A stretch of 64,000 nucleotides of DNA from Sedimentisphaerales bacterium. Its GTDB lineage: Bacteria > Planctomycetota > Phycisphaerae > Sedimentisphaerales > UBA12454. Location: NCBI GenBank assembly GCA_016930635.1, contig JAFGGI010000012.1, forward strand, positions 9,998 to 73,997. Direction: 5' to 3'. A model generated the notes under the pieces. The model did not search any database, was not told the DNA's origin, and saw only the letters and a program-made list of their open reading frames with translations. Both the position numbers and the translations under genes were made by a program. Of the stretch, positions 38,590 to 47,117 are shown in pieces (the stretch's first letter is position 1; each line of letters begins with the position of its first letter).

Positions 38590-39746
38590 TGACTGTAATT
38601 TATATGGACAACAATGCCACGACTAAAGTGGCTCCCGAAGTACTTGATGCGATGCTGCCTTTTCTCGGTGAGCTTTACGGTAATCCTTCGAGTATGCATA
38701 CCTTTGGCGGCCAGGTCGAGAGGTATATAAAAAACAGCAGAGAGCAGATAGCCAGGCTGCTTGGCTGTGACAGTTCTGAGATAATCTTTACCAGCGGCGG
38801 AACTGAAAGCGATAATGCTGCTATAAAGGGTGTTCTTTCTGCTGTGCCGGAGAAAAGAAAGATTATTACTACCCGCGTTGAACATCCTGCTGTTCTTACT
38901 ACCTGCCGGGAACTTGAAGGGCAGGGTTTCGGCCTTGTCGAGCTCGGCGTTGATAAAGACGGACAGATAAGTCTGGATGAATTAAAAGAAGAAGTCGATG
39001 AAGATACTGCTGTTGTTTCCATAATGTACGCCAACAATGAAACAGGCGTGATTTTCCCGATAGATAAGATTGTCGAAATTGTAAAAGCTAAAGGCGCCGT
39101 TTTTCATACCGATGCTGTCCAGGCGGTCGGCAAGATACCTCTTGACCTTTCCAAAAGTAATATTGACCTGTTGAGTCTTTCCGGCCACAAGCTCCATGGG
39201 CCCAAAGGTGTAGGTGTTCTTTACGTCAAAAAGGGCACAAGGATTTCACCTTTCATCATCGGCGGGCATCAGGAAAGGAACAGAAGGGCAGGTACGGAAA
39301 ATGTTGCAGGTATTGTAGCTCTTGGCAAAGCAGCCGAGCTTGCCCAAAAAGAGATAGACCAGGAAAATACAAAGGTAAGAAAACTTCGGGATAAACTTGA
39401 AAAAGCTGTCCTCAAAACCTGTACAGGTGCGATGCTCAACGGCGATGAGGCAAATCGTCTGCCGAATACAGCGAATATCAGTTTCGAATATATTGAAGGA
39501 GAAGCTATATTGCTGTTGCTCGACCAGCTTGGTATCTGTGCCAGCAGCGGTTCTGCCTGTACATCCGGCTCGCTTGAGCCCAGCCATGTTCTGCGTGCGA
39601 TGGGTGTGCCGTTCACAGCCGCCCACGGCTCGGTGAGATTCAGCCTGAGCAGATACAATACGGAAAAAGAGGTGGATTTTGTGATTGAAAAAATGCCGGG
39701 TATTGTAAATCGCCTAAGGGAACTGAGCCCGTTTGTTAAATCCTGA
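38586..39746 (+). CDS. nifS: Cysteine desulfurase (NifS type)
   Basis: IFTSGGTESDN, SLSGHKLHGPKGVG (PLP Lys) and SSGSACTSGS (active-site Cys). The start overlaps the nifU stop. Confidence 0.92.
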   Translation: MMTVIYMDNNATTKVAPEVLDAMLPFLGELYGNPSSMHTFGGQVERYIKNSREQIARLLGCDSSEIIFTSGGTESDNAAIKGVLSAVPEKRKIITTRVEHPAVLTTCRELEGQGFGLVELGVDKDGQISLDELKEEVDEDTAVVSIMYANNETGVIFPIDKIVEIVKAKGAVFHTDAVQAVGKIPLDLSKSNIDLLSLSGHKLHGPKGVGVLYVKKGTRISPFIIGGHQERNRRAGTENVAGIVALGKAAELAQKEIDQENTKVRKLRDKLEKAVLKTCTGAMLNGDEANRLPNTANISFEYIEGEAILLLLDQLGICASSGSACTSGSLEPSHVLRAMGVPFTAAHGSVRFSLSRYNTEKEVDFVIEKMPGIVNRLRELSPFVKS

Positions 39747-39856
39747 TTATTGTATAGTGTAAAGATGTGTTGATTTACATATGCCCTATACATATAATAA
39801 AGACCGAATTCTGATATAAAATTTCTATTTGTCTGGTTTGGACAAGGGAGTTTTTA

Positions 39857-41443
39857 GTGCGGTCTATATTAGACTCAGGTATTGAAGAGATAAATACACC
39901 AACTCGGCGAGGTGGTCTTTACCTGAAACATCTCTGTATATTATGTGCTTTCCAATTTTTCTTGGGCATATTTTATATTGGCTCTGTACCGCGGATTTAT
40001 GCGGATGAGGCGTGGGATGCTTCGCTTGGCTATGAATTAGCCCAAACAGGAATATTGCGTCATCCATTTATAAATCATTTAGGCGGAATGGAAATTTATT
40101 ATCTTCCTCCACGGGTTATGTTGCCCATTATATGTGCGGGCATATTTAAGGTTGCAGGTTACAGCATTGCGATTTCCCGATTACCGGCCCTTTTGTTTGG
40201 GACTCTGGCGATAATAGTTCTTTATAATATTTCGAAGCAGTTCTTCAGGGATAAGGAGGCTTTTTTTATATGTTTGTTTGCTGTTATACATCCGTGGTTC
40301 TGGAGTAATTGTCGCCGCTGCAGGCCCGAGATGTTGTACACCGCTCTGGCTTTAATTCTTTTATGGCTGATGATTTGCTATTTTCGACGTAGCAGATTAT
40401 TGACGGCTTTTTTAGCAGGGATAATAACAGGCTTGTCTTCTCTGTCTCATCCTAATGGACTGCTTATTACGGTTTCGATCGGTATAGGCTGGCTTGTGTG
40501 GAAAGAAAAATCGCATTTACTTAAGTTTATAATGTGGGCACTGGCAGGATTTATTCTGGCAATTTTGCCTTATGTAATTTATGTTCTCTGGGCGACCAGG
40601 CATCCGGATGTGAGTTTTGTCAGACAGATGCACTCGAATCTTCTGGGCAGCTCAGTAATAGCGGGAGAAATTACACGATGGCAAAGTTTTCTTCGATTGC
40701 CGTTCGGTTTTCCGTTAGGTTTGGTTATGTTTGCAAGTTGGCTTGCTGCCTGGTGGAAGTCCACACGGCAAGATAAGTTTGCAGCTACTGCGGTGACTAT
40801 TTACATACTTGTTCTGCCGATGTTTAGTGTAAACGACCTGGCAGATTATCTAATTCCTATAATACCTTTGTTCAGCATGCTTATAGTCAGACTCATTTTT
40901 CGTCTGCCTGAATTCGGTTTTCTGATTAGCTCGAAAAGAGTGTATTATGCTACCGGCTTTGTTATAATGTTGATCTATGTAGTTTCTTCACTGCCTCTGA
41001 TTCTGTTTATGCTGTATTGGCAGCACAGTGATGCCGATTTCAATAAGGTTGTTAATGAAGTGACTGTTGTCGTAGGCCCGAATGAAAGAATACATGCGGA
41101 TCCTATTTTCTGGGTTGGTCATGACAGGTACAATTATGGCCCGTATCTTATGACTTACGATCCTGTACCCATTACGATTGAGGAATCTTTACAGTGGGCT
41201 TATTTTCATTCATTTGATTATGCTGTCAGAACTATCTGGATTGATATACCTCCACGTGGATTTTGGAAGCCGCCCCAAAAGCTGCCGGAATTCCGTTTAT
41301 ATTTTGTTACAGATAATTTATGTAAGTTATTTGGTACCAAAGTGCACGAATTTTACAGCAAAGGCTATGGTCCTATTGAGATTTACAAAATTGACTGGTC
41401 CCGTGCTGCGAAATTGGGTCTTAAAAAACAAGATATCAAATAA
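39857..41443 (+). CDS. GT-C superfamily membrane glycosyltransferase, PMT_2/ArnT-like (paralog A1)
   Basis: 528 aa, more than 10 TM helices. YADEAWDAS sits directly after TM1 (loop-1 acidic motif). SRLPALLFGTLAIIVLY helix and NCRRCRPE block. ~140-aa soluble C-terminal domain. Uses a GTG start. Confidence 0.7.
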   Translation: MRSILDSGIEEINTPTRRGGLYLKHLCILCAFQFFLGIFYIGSVPRIYADEAWDASLGYELAQTGILRHPFINHLGGMEIYYLPPRVMLPIICAGIFKVAGYSIAISRLPALLFGTLAIIVLYNISKQFFRDKEAFFICLFAVIHPWFWSNCRRCRPEMLYTALALILLWLMICYFRRSRLLTAFLAGIITGLSSLSHPNGLLITVSIGIGWLVWKEKSHLLKFIMWALAGFILAILPYVIYVLWATRHPDVSFVRQMHSNLLGSSVIAGEITRWQSFLRLPFGFPLGLVMFASWLAAWWKSTRQDKFAATAVTIYILVLPMFSVNDLADYLIPIIPLFSMLIVRLIFRLPEFGFLISSKRVYYATGFVIMLIYVVSSLPLILFMLYWQHSDADFNKVVNEVTVVVGPNERIHADPIFWVGHDRYNYGPYLMTYDPVPITIEESLQWAYFHSFDYAVRTIWIDIPPRGFWKPPQKLPEFRLYFVTDNLCKLFGTKVHEFYSKGYGPIEIYKIDWSRAAKLGLKKQDIK

Positions 41444-41462
41444 TGAGTTAAGGGATTTATAA

Positions 41463-43031
41463 TTGATTGAAACTTGTTCAGATATGTCGATTTCGAGAAA
41501 AAATCGTATTATATATTTGCTTATATTATGTGCTGTTCAAATTTTGCTTGGTGTGTTTTATCTTAGCTCTGTTCCACGGCTGTGTGTGGATGAGGTATGG
41601 GACGCTTCAATTGGTTACGAGTTTGCTACAACTGGTATGTTACGTCAGCCGTTCATACATAATTTCGGTGGGATGGAGGTTTATTTCATGCAGCCGCGGG
41701 TCTTGTTACCTGTCATTTGCTCAGGCGTGTTCAAACTGACAGATTACAGCATTGCTGCTTCTCGTCTGCCTTCATTAATATTAGGACTTTTGGCTGTCAT
41801 TGCTCTTTATCACGCGGCGGGAAAACTTTTTAACAGCAAACAAAGTTTTTTTATTACCCTGGCGGTTATTATAAATCCATGGTTCTGGCTGAATTGTCGT
41901 CGCTGTCGGCCGGAGATTTATTGTACTGCTTTTGGCTTGTTTTTCTTGTGGCTGGTCATTTTGTATTTTCGTAAGGACCGTCCGCTATATGCTTTTCTGG
42001 CCGGGATGATGGTGGCTTTGGCGTTACTGTCGCATATTAACGGCTTGATTATAACAGCGGCGATCAGTATCAGTTGGCTGATATGGAAAGAAAAGCCGCA
42101 CTTACTTAAATTTGTTTTTTGGGCATTGCCGGCATTTATTTTAACTATTTTGCCTTACGTGATCTATACATTTTGGGCCGACAGGTATCCGGATGTGAGT
42201 TTTCTTGAGCAGATGAGAATAAACAGCCCGCACGCCTCAGCATTGGTGGGGCTAAAAGGAGAAATAACACGATGGAGGATTTTCCTTCAGTTGCCATTAG
42301 GCATTCCATTTGCTTTGGTTATGTTTGGAAGCTTGGTAACAGCCTGGTGGAGATCTGCTTCTGAAGATAAATTTGCAGCTACTGTTGTGATTATTTATAT
42401 ATTAGTTTTGCCGTTTTTTACCGTTAATGTTATTGCAGATTATCTGCTTGCCGCAGTTCCATTTTTCTGTGTGCTTATTGTCAGGTTTATTTGTCGTTTA
42501 TCTGAGTTTAGCTTCTTAAGCAGATCAAAAAGAATACATTATATTATCAGGCTTTGTGTGATACTTATTTATGTGGCTACTTCTCTGTCGCCAATTGCGA
42601 TAATGTTTTATCGGCTGAGCGGCAAAGGTGATTTTAATCATGTTATCAAAGAGGTAACTAAAGTTATTGAACCGGGTTCAAAAGTTGATGCAATTTCTGT
42701 TTTCTGGATTGGGCATAAAAAATATGAATACGGCCCATATCTTATGACATACTCAGGAGCACTGTCGCTTAAAGATGCGTTAGAGTGGGCATATTCTCAG
42801 TCATTTGATTATTCGATCAGAACCTCCTGGAATGGCGATCCACTGGGATTTAAAAAACTCCCCGATAATATGCCGGAGTTTCGTCCTTATTATATTACTG
42901 ATAATATATGCAAGATGTTTGGCACTAAAGTCCACGAGTTTTACAGTGAGTATTATGGCCCTATGGAAATTTATAAAATCGACTGGTCTAATGCCTATAA
43001 GCACGGTCTGAGAAGAAAGGAGATCAAGTAA
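41463..43031 (+). CDS. GT-C superfamily membrane glycosyltransferase, PMT_2/ArnT-like (paralog A2)
   Basis: 522 aa, collinear with A1 (CVDEVWDAS, SRLPSLILGLLAVIALY, NCRRCRPE, FGTKVHEFYS). TTG at 41463 or ATG at 41484. Confidence 0.7.
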   Translation: MIETCSDMSISRKNRIIYLLILCAVQILLGVFYLSSVPRLCVDEVWDASIGYEFATTGMLRQPFIHNFGGMEVYFMQPRVLLPVICSGVFKLTDYSIAASRLPSLILGLLAVIALYHAAGKLFNSKQSFFITLAVIINPWFWLNCRRCRPEIYCTAFGLFFLWLVILYFRKDRPLYAFLAGMMVALALLSHINGLIITAAISISWLIWKEKPHLLKFVFWALPAFILTILPYVIYTFWADRYPDVSFLEQMRINSPHASALVGLKGEITRWRIFLQLPLGIPFALVMFGSLVTAWWRSASEDKFAATVVIIYILVLPFFTVNVIADYLLAAVPFFCVLIVRFICRLSEFSFLSRSKRIHYIIRLCVILIYVATSLSPIAIMFYRLSGKGDFNHVIKEVTKVIEPGSKVDAISVFWIGHKKYEYGPYLMTYSGALSLKDALEWAYSQSFDYSIRTSWNGDPLGFKKLPDNMPEFRPYYITDNICKMFGTKVHEFYSEYYGPMEIYKIDWSNAYKHGLRRKEIK

Positions 43032-43032
43032 A

Positions 43033-43065
43033 GGTTTGAAAGGGCTGGTTTTATTAATTCAAACC
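43033..43065. terminator. Hairpin between the convergent A2 and B1 genes
   Basis: GGTTTGAA (43033-43040) pairs with TTCAAACC (43058-43065), with a 17-nt loop. The 3' arm overlaps the last codons of the minus-strand gene. There is no clean U-run. Confidence 0.3.
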
Positions 43066-43977
43066 AAAATGCTCAGGGTAGCGGTATTTTGTCTGGCATA
43101 AAAGCCATAATGCCTGTATTGTTGCGTGTTGATCGCTTGGAGGCTGTTTATTGAATACAGGCCGTTTTCGGTGTTCTATGGACTCGAAACATAACCATCT
43201 GTCATTCCATCCGCCGTCTGTCCCCTGATTTTTTATGACTCTTTCAATCCATCTTCGACGGATTTTTTCCGGGCAGCCTGCATAAAGTACGAAAGCTATT
43301 TTTTGAAAATAAGAATCAGCCACAGTCATCTCAAAGGTGAGTTTATGTGTGATTCTATTACAGAGATGTTCTATAAGCTCTTCATTGTCCATCTCCGGCT
43401 TGATTTTCCTTAGGTGAATCAGAGCCCAAAGCTGATGTGTCAATTGCCAGTAATTCCATTTATCGGGCAGAAGAAATTCCATTTGCTCAGGTGTAATTCC
43501 TGCCTTATCAGGGGCCATTGCGTATAGAATCCACTTGTTATCGATACATTCGTTTTTTATTGTTTGATTCAGTTCCCATTTCTGAATGGGAAAGTTGGGA
43601 TCAATAAGAGCTTTCCAGCATGCCGGTTTTACAGGAGTAGCCATAAATTTATCATGAATCACATCAAAATTACCTTCCGGGTAAAGAGTGATGCAATCCT
43701 GTAACATTTTTATTAATGCTGCGTTTTTTACTCTGAGGATGTCTTCTTCGTTGTCATGTACCCAGGCAGTTGCTTTTTCAATAGCCTTATCAATTTTGTT
43801 GGAAAATTTCCTGTCGCTCCATAGGGAATAGTTATTAAAAACCATTGCCAGAACACAACTAAGTATAGATGCAACTAAAATTATAGCTGCAAGCATCCAC
43901 CAGTTTAGCTTGAAATGCTTTCGAACAGTTTCGCTCTTATTCTGGCAGTCGATTGTATCTGTATTCTCATCTGTCAT
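43054..43977 (-). CDS. Single-TM membrane-anchored helical protein, unknown family (paralog B1)
   Basis: 307 aa. One TM helix (WWMLAAIILVASILSCVLAMVF), then a helix-rich domain with THQLWALIHLRK and TDGGWNDRW motifs. Confidence 0.65.
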   Translation of the reverse strand: MTDENTDTIDCQNKSETVRKHFKLNWWMLAAIILVASILSCVLAMVFNNYSLWSDRKFSNKIDKAIEKATAWVHDNEEDILRVKNAALIKMLQDCITLYPEGNFDVIHDKFMATPVKPACWKALIDPNFPIQKWELNQTIKNECIDNKWILYAMAPDKAGITPEQMEFLLPDKWNYWQLTHQLWALIHLRKIKPEMDNEELIEHLCNRITHKLTFEMTVADSYFQKIAFVLYAGCPEKIRRRWIERVIKNQGTDGGWNDRWLCFESIEHRKRPVFNKQPPSDQHATIQALWLLCQTKYRYPEHFGLN

Positions 43978-44046
43978 AAATCTGACTTTCTCAAATAAGA
44001 TTAGTTTTAATCAATTTTAAAAAATTTTTAACAGACGGAAATTTTG

Positions 44047-45018
44047 TTACTTTAGCCCGAAGTATTCAGGATACTGATATTTTACCTGATATAAAACCCA
44101 TAAAGCTTCTATTGTTCCATGAGGATTGCTTGGTGGCCTGCCAAGGGTAAGTAGCGACTGTATCCGGCGTTCTCGGGACTCGAAACGAAACCATCTGTCA
44201 TTCCAACCGCCATCTGTAAGCTGATTGTTTATAGTTTTTTCTACCCATCGTCGGCGGACTTTTTCAGGATAGCCGGCATAGAGTATAAATCCTATTTTCT
44301 GGATAGTGTGATCTATTGGTTCCGGGTTAAAGGTCAATACAAAGACAATTCTGTTGCAGAGCAGTTCAATAAGACCGTCAACGTCGGCCTGTTGGTCTGT
44401 TTTTCGCAGGTGAGTTAATGCCCAGAGCTGATGTACTGTTGGTATTATCTTTCGTTTCTTGTTTGAAAAAAGTCCTATCTGCTCAGGTGTAACGTCTGCT
44501 TTATCCGGAGCTATTGCATATAAAATCCATTTATTGTCGATATAAGGTTCCTCTTTAATAGCCTTGTTTAATTCCCACTTATAGACAGACAGATTTGGAT
44601 CTATAAGGGTTTTCCAGCAGGCTGGCCTAAGAGGTATTGCCATAAACTTATCATATATTGAGTTGAAGTTATCTTTCCGGGAAAGATTATCACATTGGCG
44701 CAGCATTTTTATCAACGCTACATTGGTCGAACTTACAACTTCTTCCTCATGACTGTTTATCCAGTTGGTTCCGTTTTCGATAGCCTCATCAAGCCTGGTA
44801 GAAAATTCCTGGTCACTCCACATTGGATAGTTGTTTAAGGCAATTGTAATGGCATAGCCGGCTATGGCTGTGATTATCATAAGCACAACTGCTGCTGCAA
44901 ACCATTTGAGTTTAGAGCGTTTGCGTACAGTTATGCCGTTATTTGGGCTGGGCTGACTGGATTTTTCTGTATCACCGGCTTCCATAGACTGTTTCCTTAA
45001 GCGATAATGACACGACAT
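44047..45018 (-). CDS. Single-TM membrane-anchored helical protein, unknown family (paralog B2)
   Basis: 323 aa, collinear with B1 (VHQLWALTHLRK, TDGGWNDRW, YPEYFGLK). The start could be the internal Met (MEAGD). Confidence 0.65.
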   Translation of the reverse strand: MSCHYRLRKQSMEAGDTEKSSQPSPNNGITVRKRSKLKWFAAAVVLMIITAIAGYAITIALNNYPMWSDQEFSTRLDEAIENGTNWINSHEEEVVSSTNVALIKMLRQCDNLSRKDNFNSIYDKFMAIPLRPACWKTLIDPNLSVYKWELNKAIKEEPYIDNKWILYAIAPDKADVTPEQIGLFSNKKRKIIPTVHQLWALTHLRKTDQQADVDGLIELLCNRIVFVLTFNPEPIDHTIQKIGFILYAGYPEKVRRRWVEKTINNQLTDGGWNDRWFRFESRERRIQSLLTLGRPPSNPHGTIEALWVLYQVKYQYPEYFGLK

Positions 45019-45159
45019 CGCTAATTCTAAGTAATTTTAGAGATTTTTCCACCTGTTAAATTAAGGAAAAAGTCATTAGGCTCGTTTTCTAACTGGAAAA
45101 GGGGGATTTTGTGCGATAAAATAGGCAAAGTATAAATGGTATCTTTGGATTTTCTGCTC

Positions 45160-45187
45160 TTGACAGAAGAAAATACTTTAATATAAC
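45160..45187 (+). promoter_or_regulatory. Sigma-70-like promoter of the TIM-barrel isomerase gene
   Basis: TTGACA (45160-45165), a 16-nt spacer, then TATAAC (45182-45187). Confidence 0.3.
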
Positions 45188-45245
45188 CGTATGTTTACTT
45201 TGTTAGCTGCAGGTAAAGCCGAAACTACAGAGGCGGGTTTAATCT

Positions 45246-46052
45246 GTGAAATCGAGTGTAACAATATCTCTTGTCGAAGCCATAAAGGGCTGCTGGGTTT
45301 TTAAAGAAGACCTTTCGATCAGTATCCCCATGGCAAAAGAGATAGGTTTCGATGCCGTCGAGCTTTTCCCGGGAAGTGCCGATGATATTGATAGTGAGCT
45401 TTTGCGTCGGCTTCTTGCTGAGAATCAAATCGAGTTGTCAGCTATTGCCACAGGTGCCGGCGAAGTTTTATATGGCTTTACTTTAGCAAGCGAAGATTTG
45501 ACCGTTCGTGTGAACGCGGTTAATTTTATAGAGAGAATAATAGATGTTGCATCTTCTCTTGGGGTTCCTGTAATAATAGGCTCGATGCAGGGCTATATCG
45601 GCAAGGACAACCGCCGCCAAAAACTGGCTGAATTTGTCAGTATCCTTGGCAAATTGGCTCAGTATGCTGCTGACAGGAATGTGGGAATCCTTTTCGAACC
45701 TTTAAATCGCCGTCAGGCCGGTATTGCAAATACTCTTGCCGATGGTGTTGAAATTATAAAAGCAACCGGTGCGAGTAATATAAAACTTCTTGCTGATTTT
45801 TTCCATATGGGTATTGAAGAAGAAAATATAGCCCGGAGCATAAAAAATGCTGCTGAGTATATCGGCTATGTCCATTTTGTTGACAGTTACCGCAAGCCGG
45901 CAGGGACGGGCCATATAGATATAAAGTCTGCTGTCGAGGCTCTAAAAGAAATCGGCTACGATGGTTTTTTATCTGCCGAGGCCTTGCCTTTCCCTGATTC
46001 GAGAGCCGCTGCCCAGCAGACTATAAAAATGTTCAGACTTTTGTGTAAATAG
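45246..46052 (+). CDS. Sugar phosphate isomerase/epimerase (xylose-isomerase-like TIM barrel)
   Basis: 268 aa. The pattern GFDAVEL ... FEPLNR ... DFFHMGIEE ... HFVD fits the AP-endonuclease-2/XylA-like TIM-barrel family. Uses a GTG start. Confidence 0.7.
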   Translation: MKSSVTISLVEAIKGCWVFKEDLSISIPMAKEIGFDAVELFPGSADDIDSELLRRLLAENQIELSAIATGAGEVLYGFTLASEDLTVRVNAVNFIERIIDVASSLGVPVIIGSMQGYIGKDNRRQKLAEFVSILGKLAQYAADRNVGILFEPLNRRQAGIANTLADGVEIIKATGASNIKLLADFFHMGIEEENIARSIKNAAEYIGYVHFVDSYRKPAGTGHIDIKSAVEALKEIGYDGFLSAEALPFPDSRAAAQQTIKMFRLLCK

Positions 46053-46070
46053 CTACGGCACAATCAAGTC

Positions 46071-47021
46071 TTAAAATATCTTCTTATAGCTGTGACAATA
46101 TGGCGCTTTGCCGGTTCTCTCATAATAATCCTGATGATATTGTTCAGCCGGCCAGAACGTATCTGCTTTTTTGATCTCTGTTTTTACATTGTACCCTTTT
46201 TCTCTGAGAGCATTGACTAATTTCGCAGCTATTTCCTTTTGCTCATTATCAAGGTAATAGATACCGCTGCGATATTGTGTTCCAATGTCAGGGCCTTGTC
46301 TGTTTAACAGTGTGAAATCGTGAATTTCGAAAAACAGTTTTGTTAGTTTTTCATAGTTTGTTTGTGCCGGGTTATAAACAATCTCAACAGCTTCTGCATG
46401 TCCTGTCTTGCCTGAGCAGACTTGTTCGTAAGTTGGTTTTTCCGTGCCGCCTCCGATATATCCTGATGTTACCGATATTACGCCGGGCACATTTTCGAAA
46501 TGATATTCCACTCCCCAAAAACAGCCGCCGGCAAATATTGCCCGCTGACCTTTTGATACGAAATCCATTGAGATTGAGTTAATGCAGAATCTTGTATTTT
46601 TTTCAGTGTAACCTTCGCCTTTAAAAACATGTCCGAGATGTCCGCCGCAGTTGGCGCATATATTTTCTGTTCTGCGTCCATCCGCATCTTGCTGTGATAT
46701 TACCGCCCCGGGTATCTGTTCGTCGAAGCTCGGCCAGCCGCAGTAAGATGTAAATTTTGCCGATGATTCGAACAATGCCTTGCCGCATCTTCTGCATATG
46801 TAAAGGCCTTCTTCGAAAAAGTCATCGTATTTACCGGTAAACGGCCTTTCAGTTCCCTTATGAACAATTATCTGTTCTTCTCGCGGTGTGAGTTTTCTAT
46901 ACATATTCCTGACCTTTTTGAAATCATTTTTTTGGATTGTTTCCGTGCTATCCATACGGTCTTTACAACCTGCTGCCAGCAAAAGCAATATAAATCCTGT
47001 AAGTTTTAATAAACGTTCCAT
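46071..47021 (-). CDS. Exported bifunctional methionine sulfoxide reductase, MsrB-MsrA order, lipoprotein signal
   Basis: Lipobox LLLAAGC. MsrB part: CRRCGKALF, CANCGGHLGHVF, RFCINS. MsrA part: GGCFWGVEYHF, GYIGG. Confidence 0.88.
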   Translation of the reverse strand: MERLLKLTGFILLLLAAGCKDRMDSTETIQKNDFKKVRNMYRKLTPREEQIIVHKGTERPFTGKYDDFFEEGLYICRRCGKALFESSAKFTSYCGWPSFDEQIPGAVISQQDADGRRTENICANCGGHLGHVFKGEGYTEKNTRFCINSISMDFVSKGQRAIFAGGCFWGVEYHFENVPGVISVTSGYIGGGTEKPTYEQVCSGKTGHAEAVEIVYNPAQTNYEKLTKLFFEIHDFTLLNRQGPDIGTQYRSGIYYLDNEQKEIAAKLVNALREKGYNVKTEIKKADTFWPAEQYHQDYYERTGKAPYCHSYKKIF

Positions 47022-47117
47022 TACTATATATACCTTGATTTGCCTGCGGTTGTTTATAAAAAAAGCCTCTGTATCGCTGAAGATATAGAAGCTTTTTCCT
47101 GTCTTTTTAAATACTTA

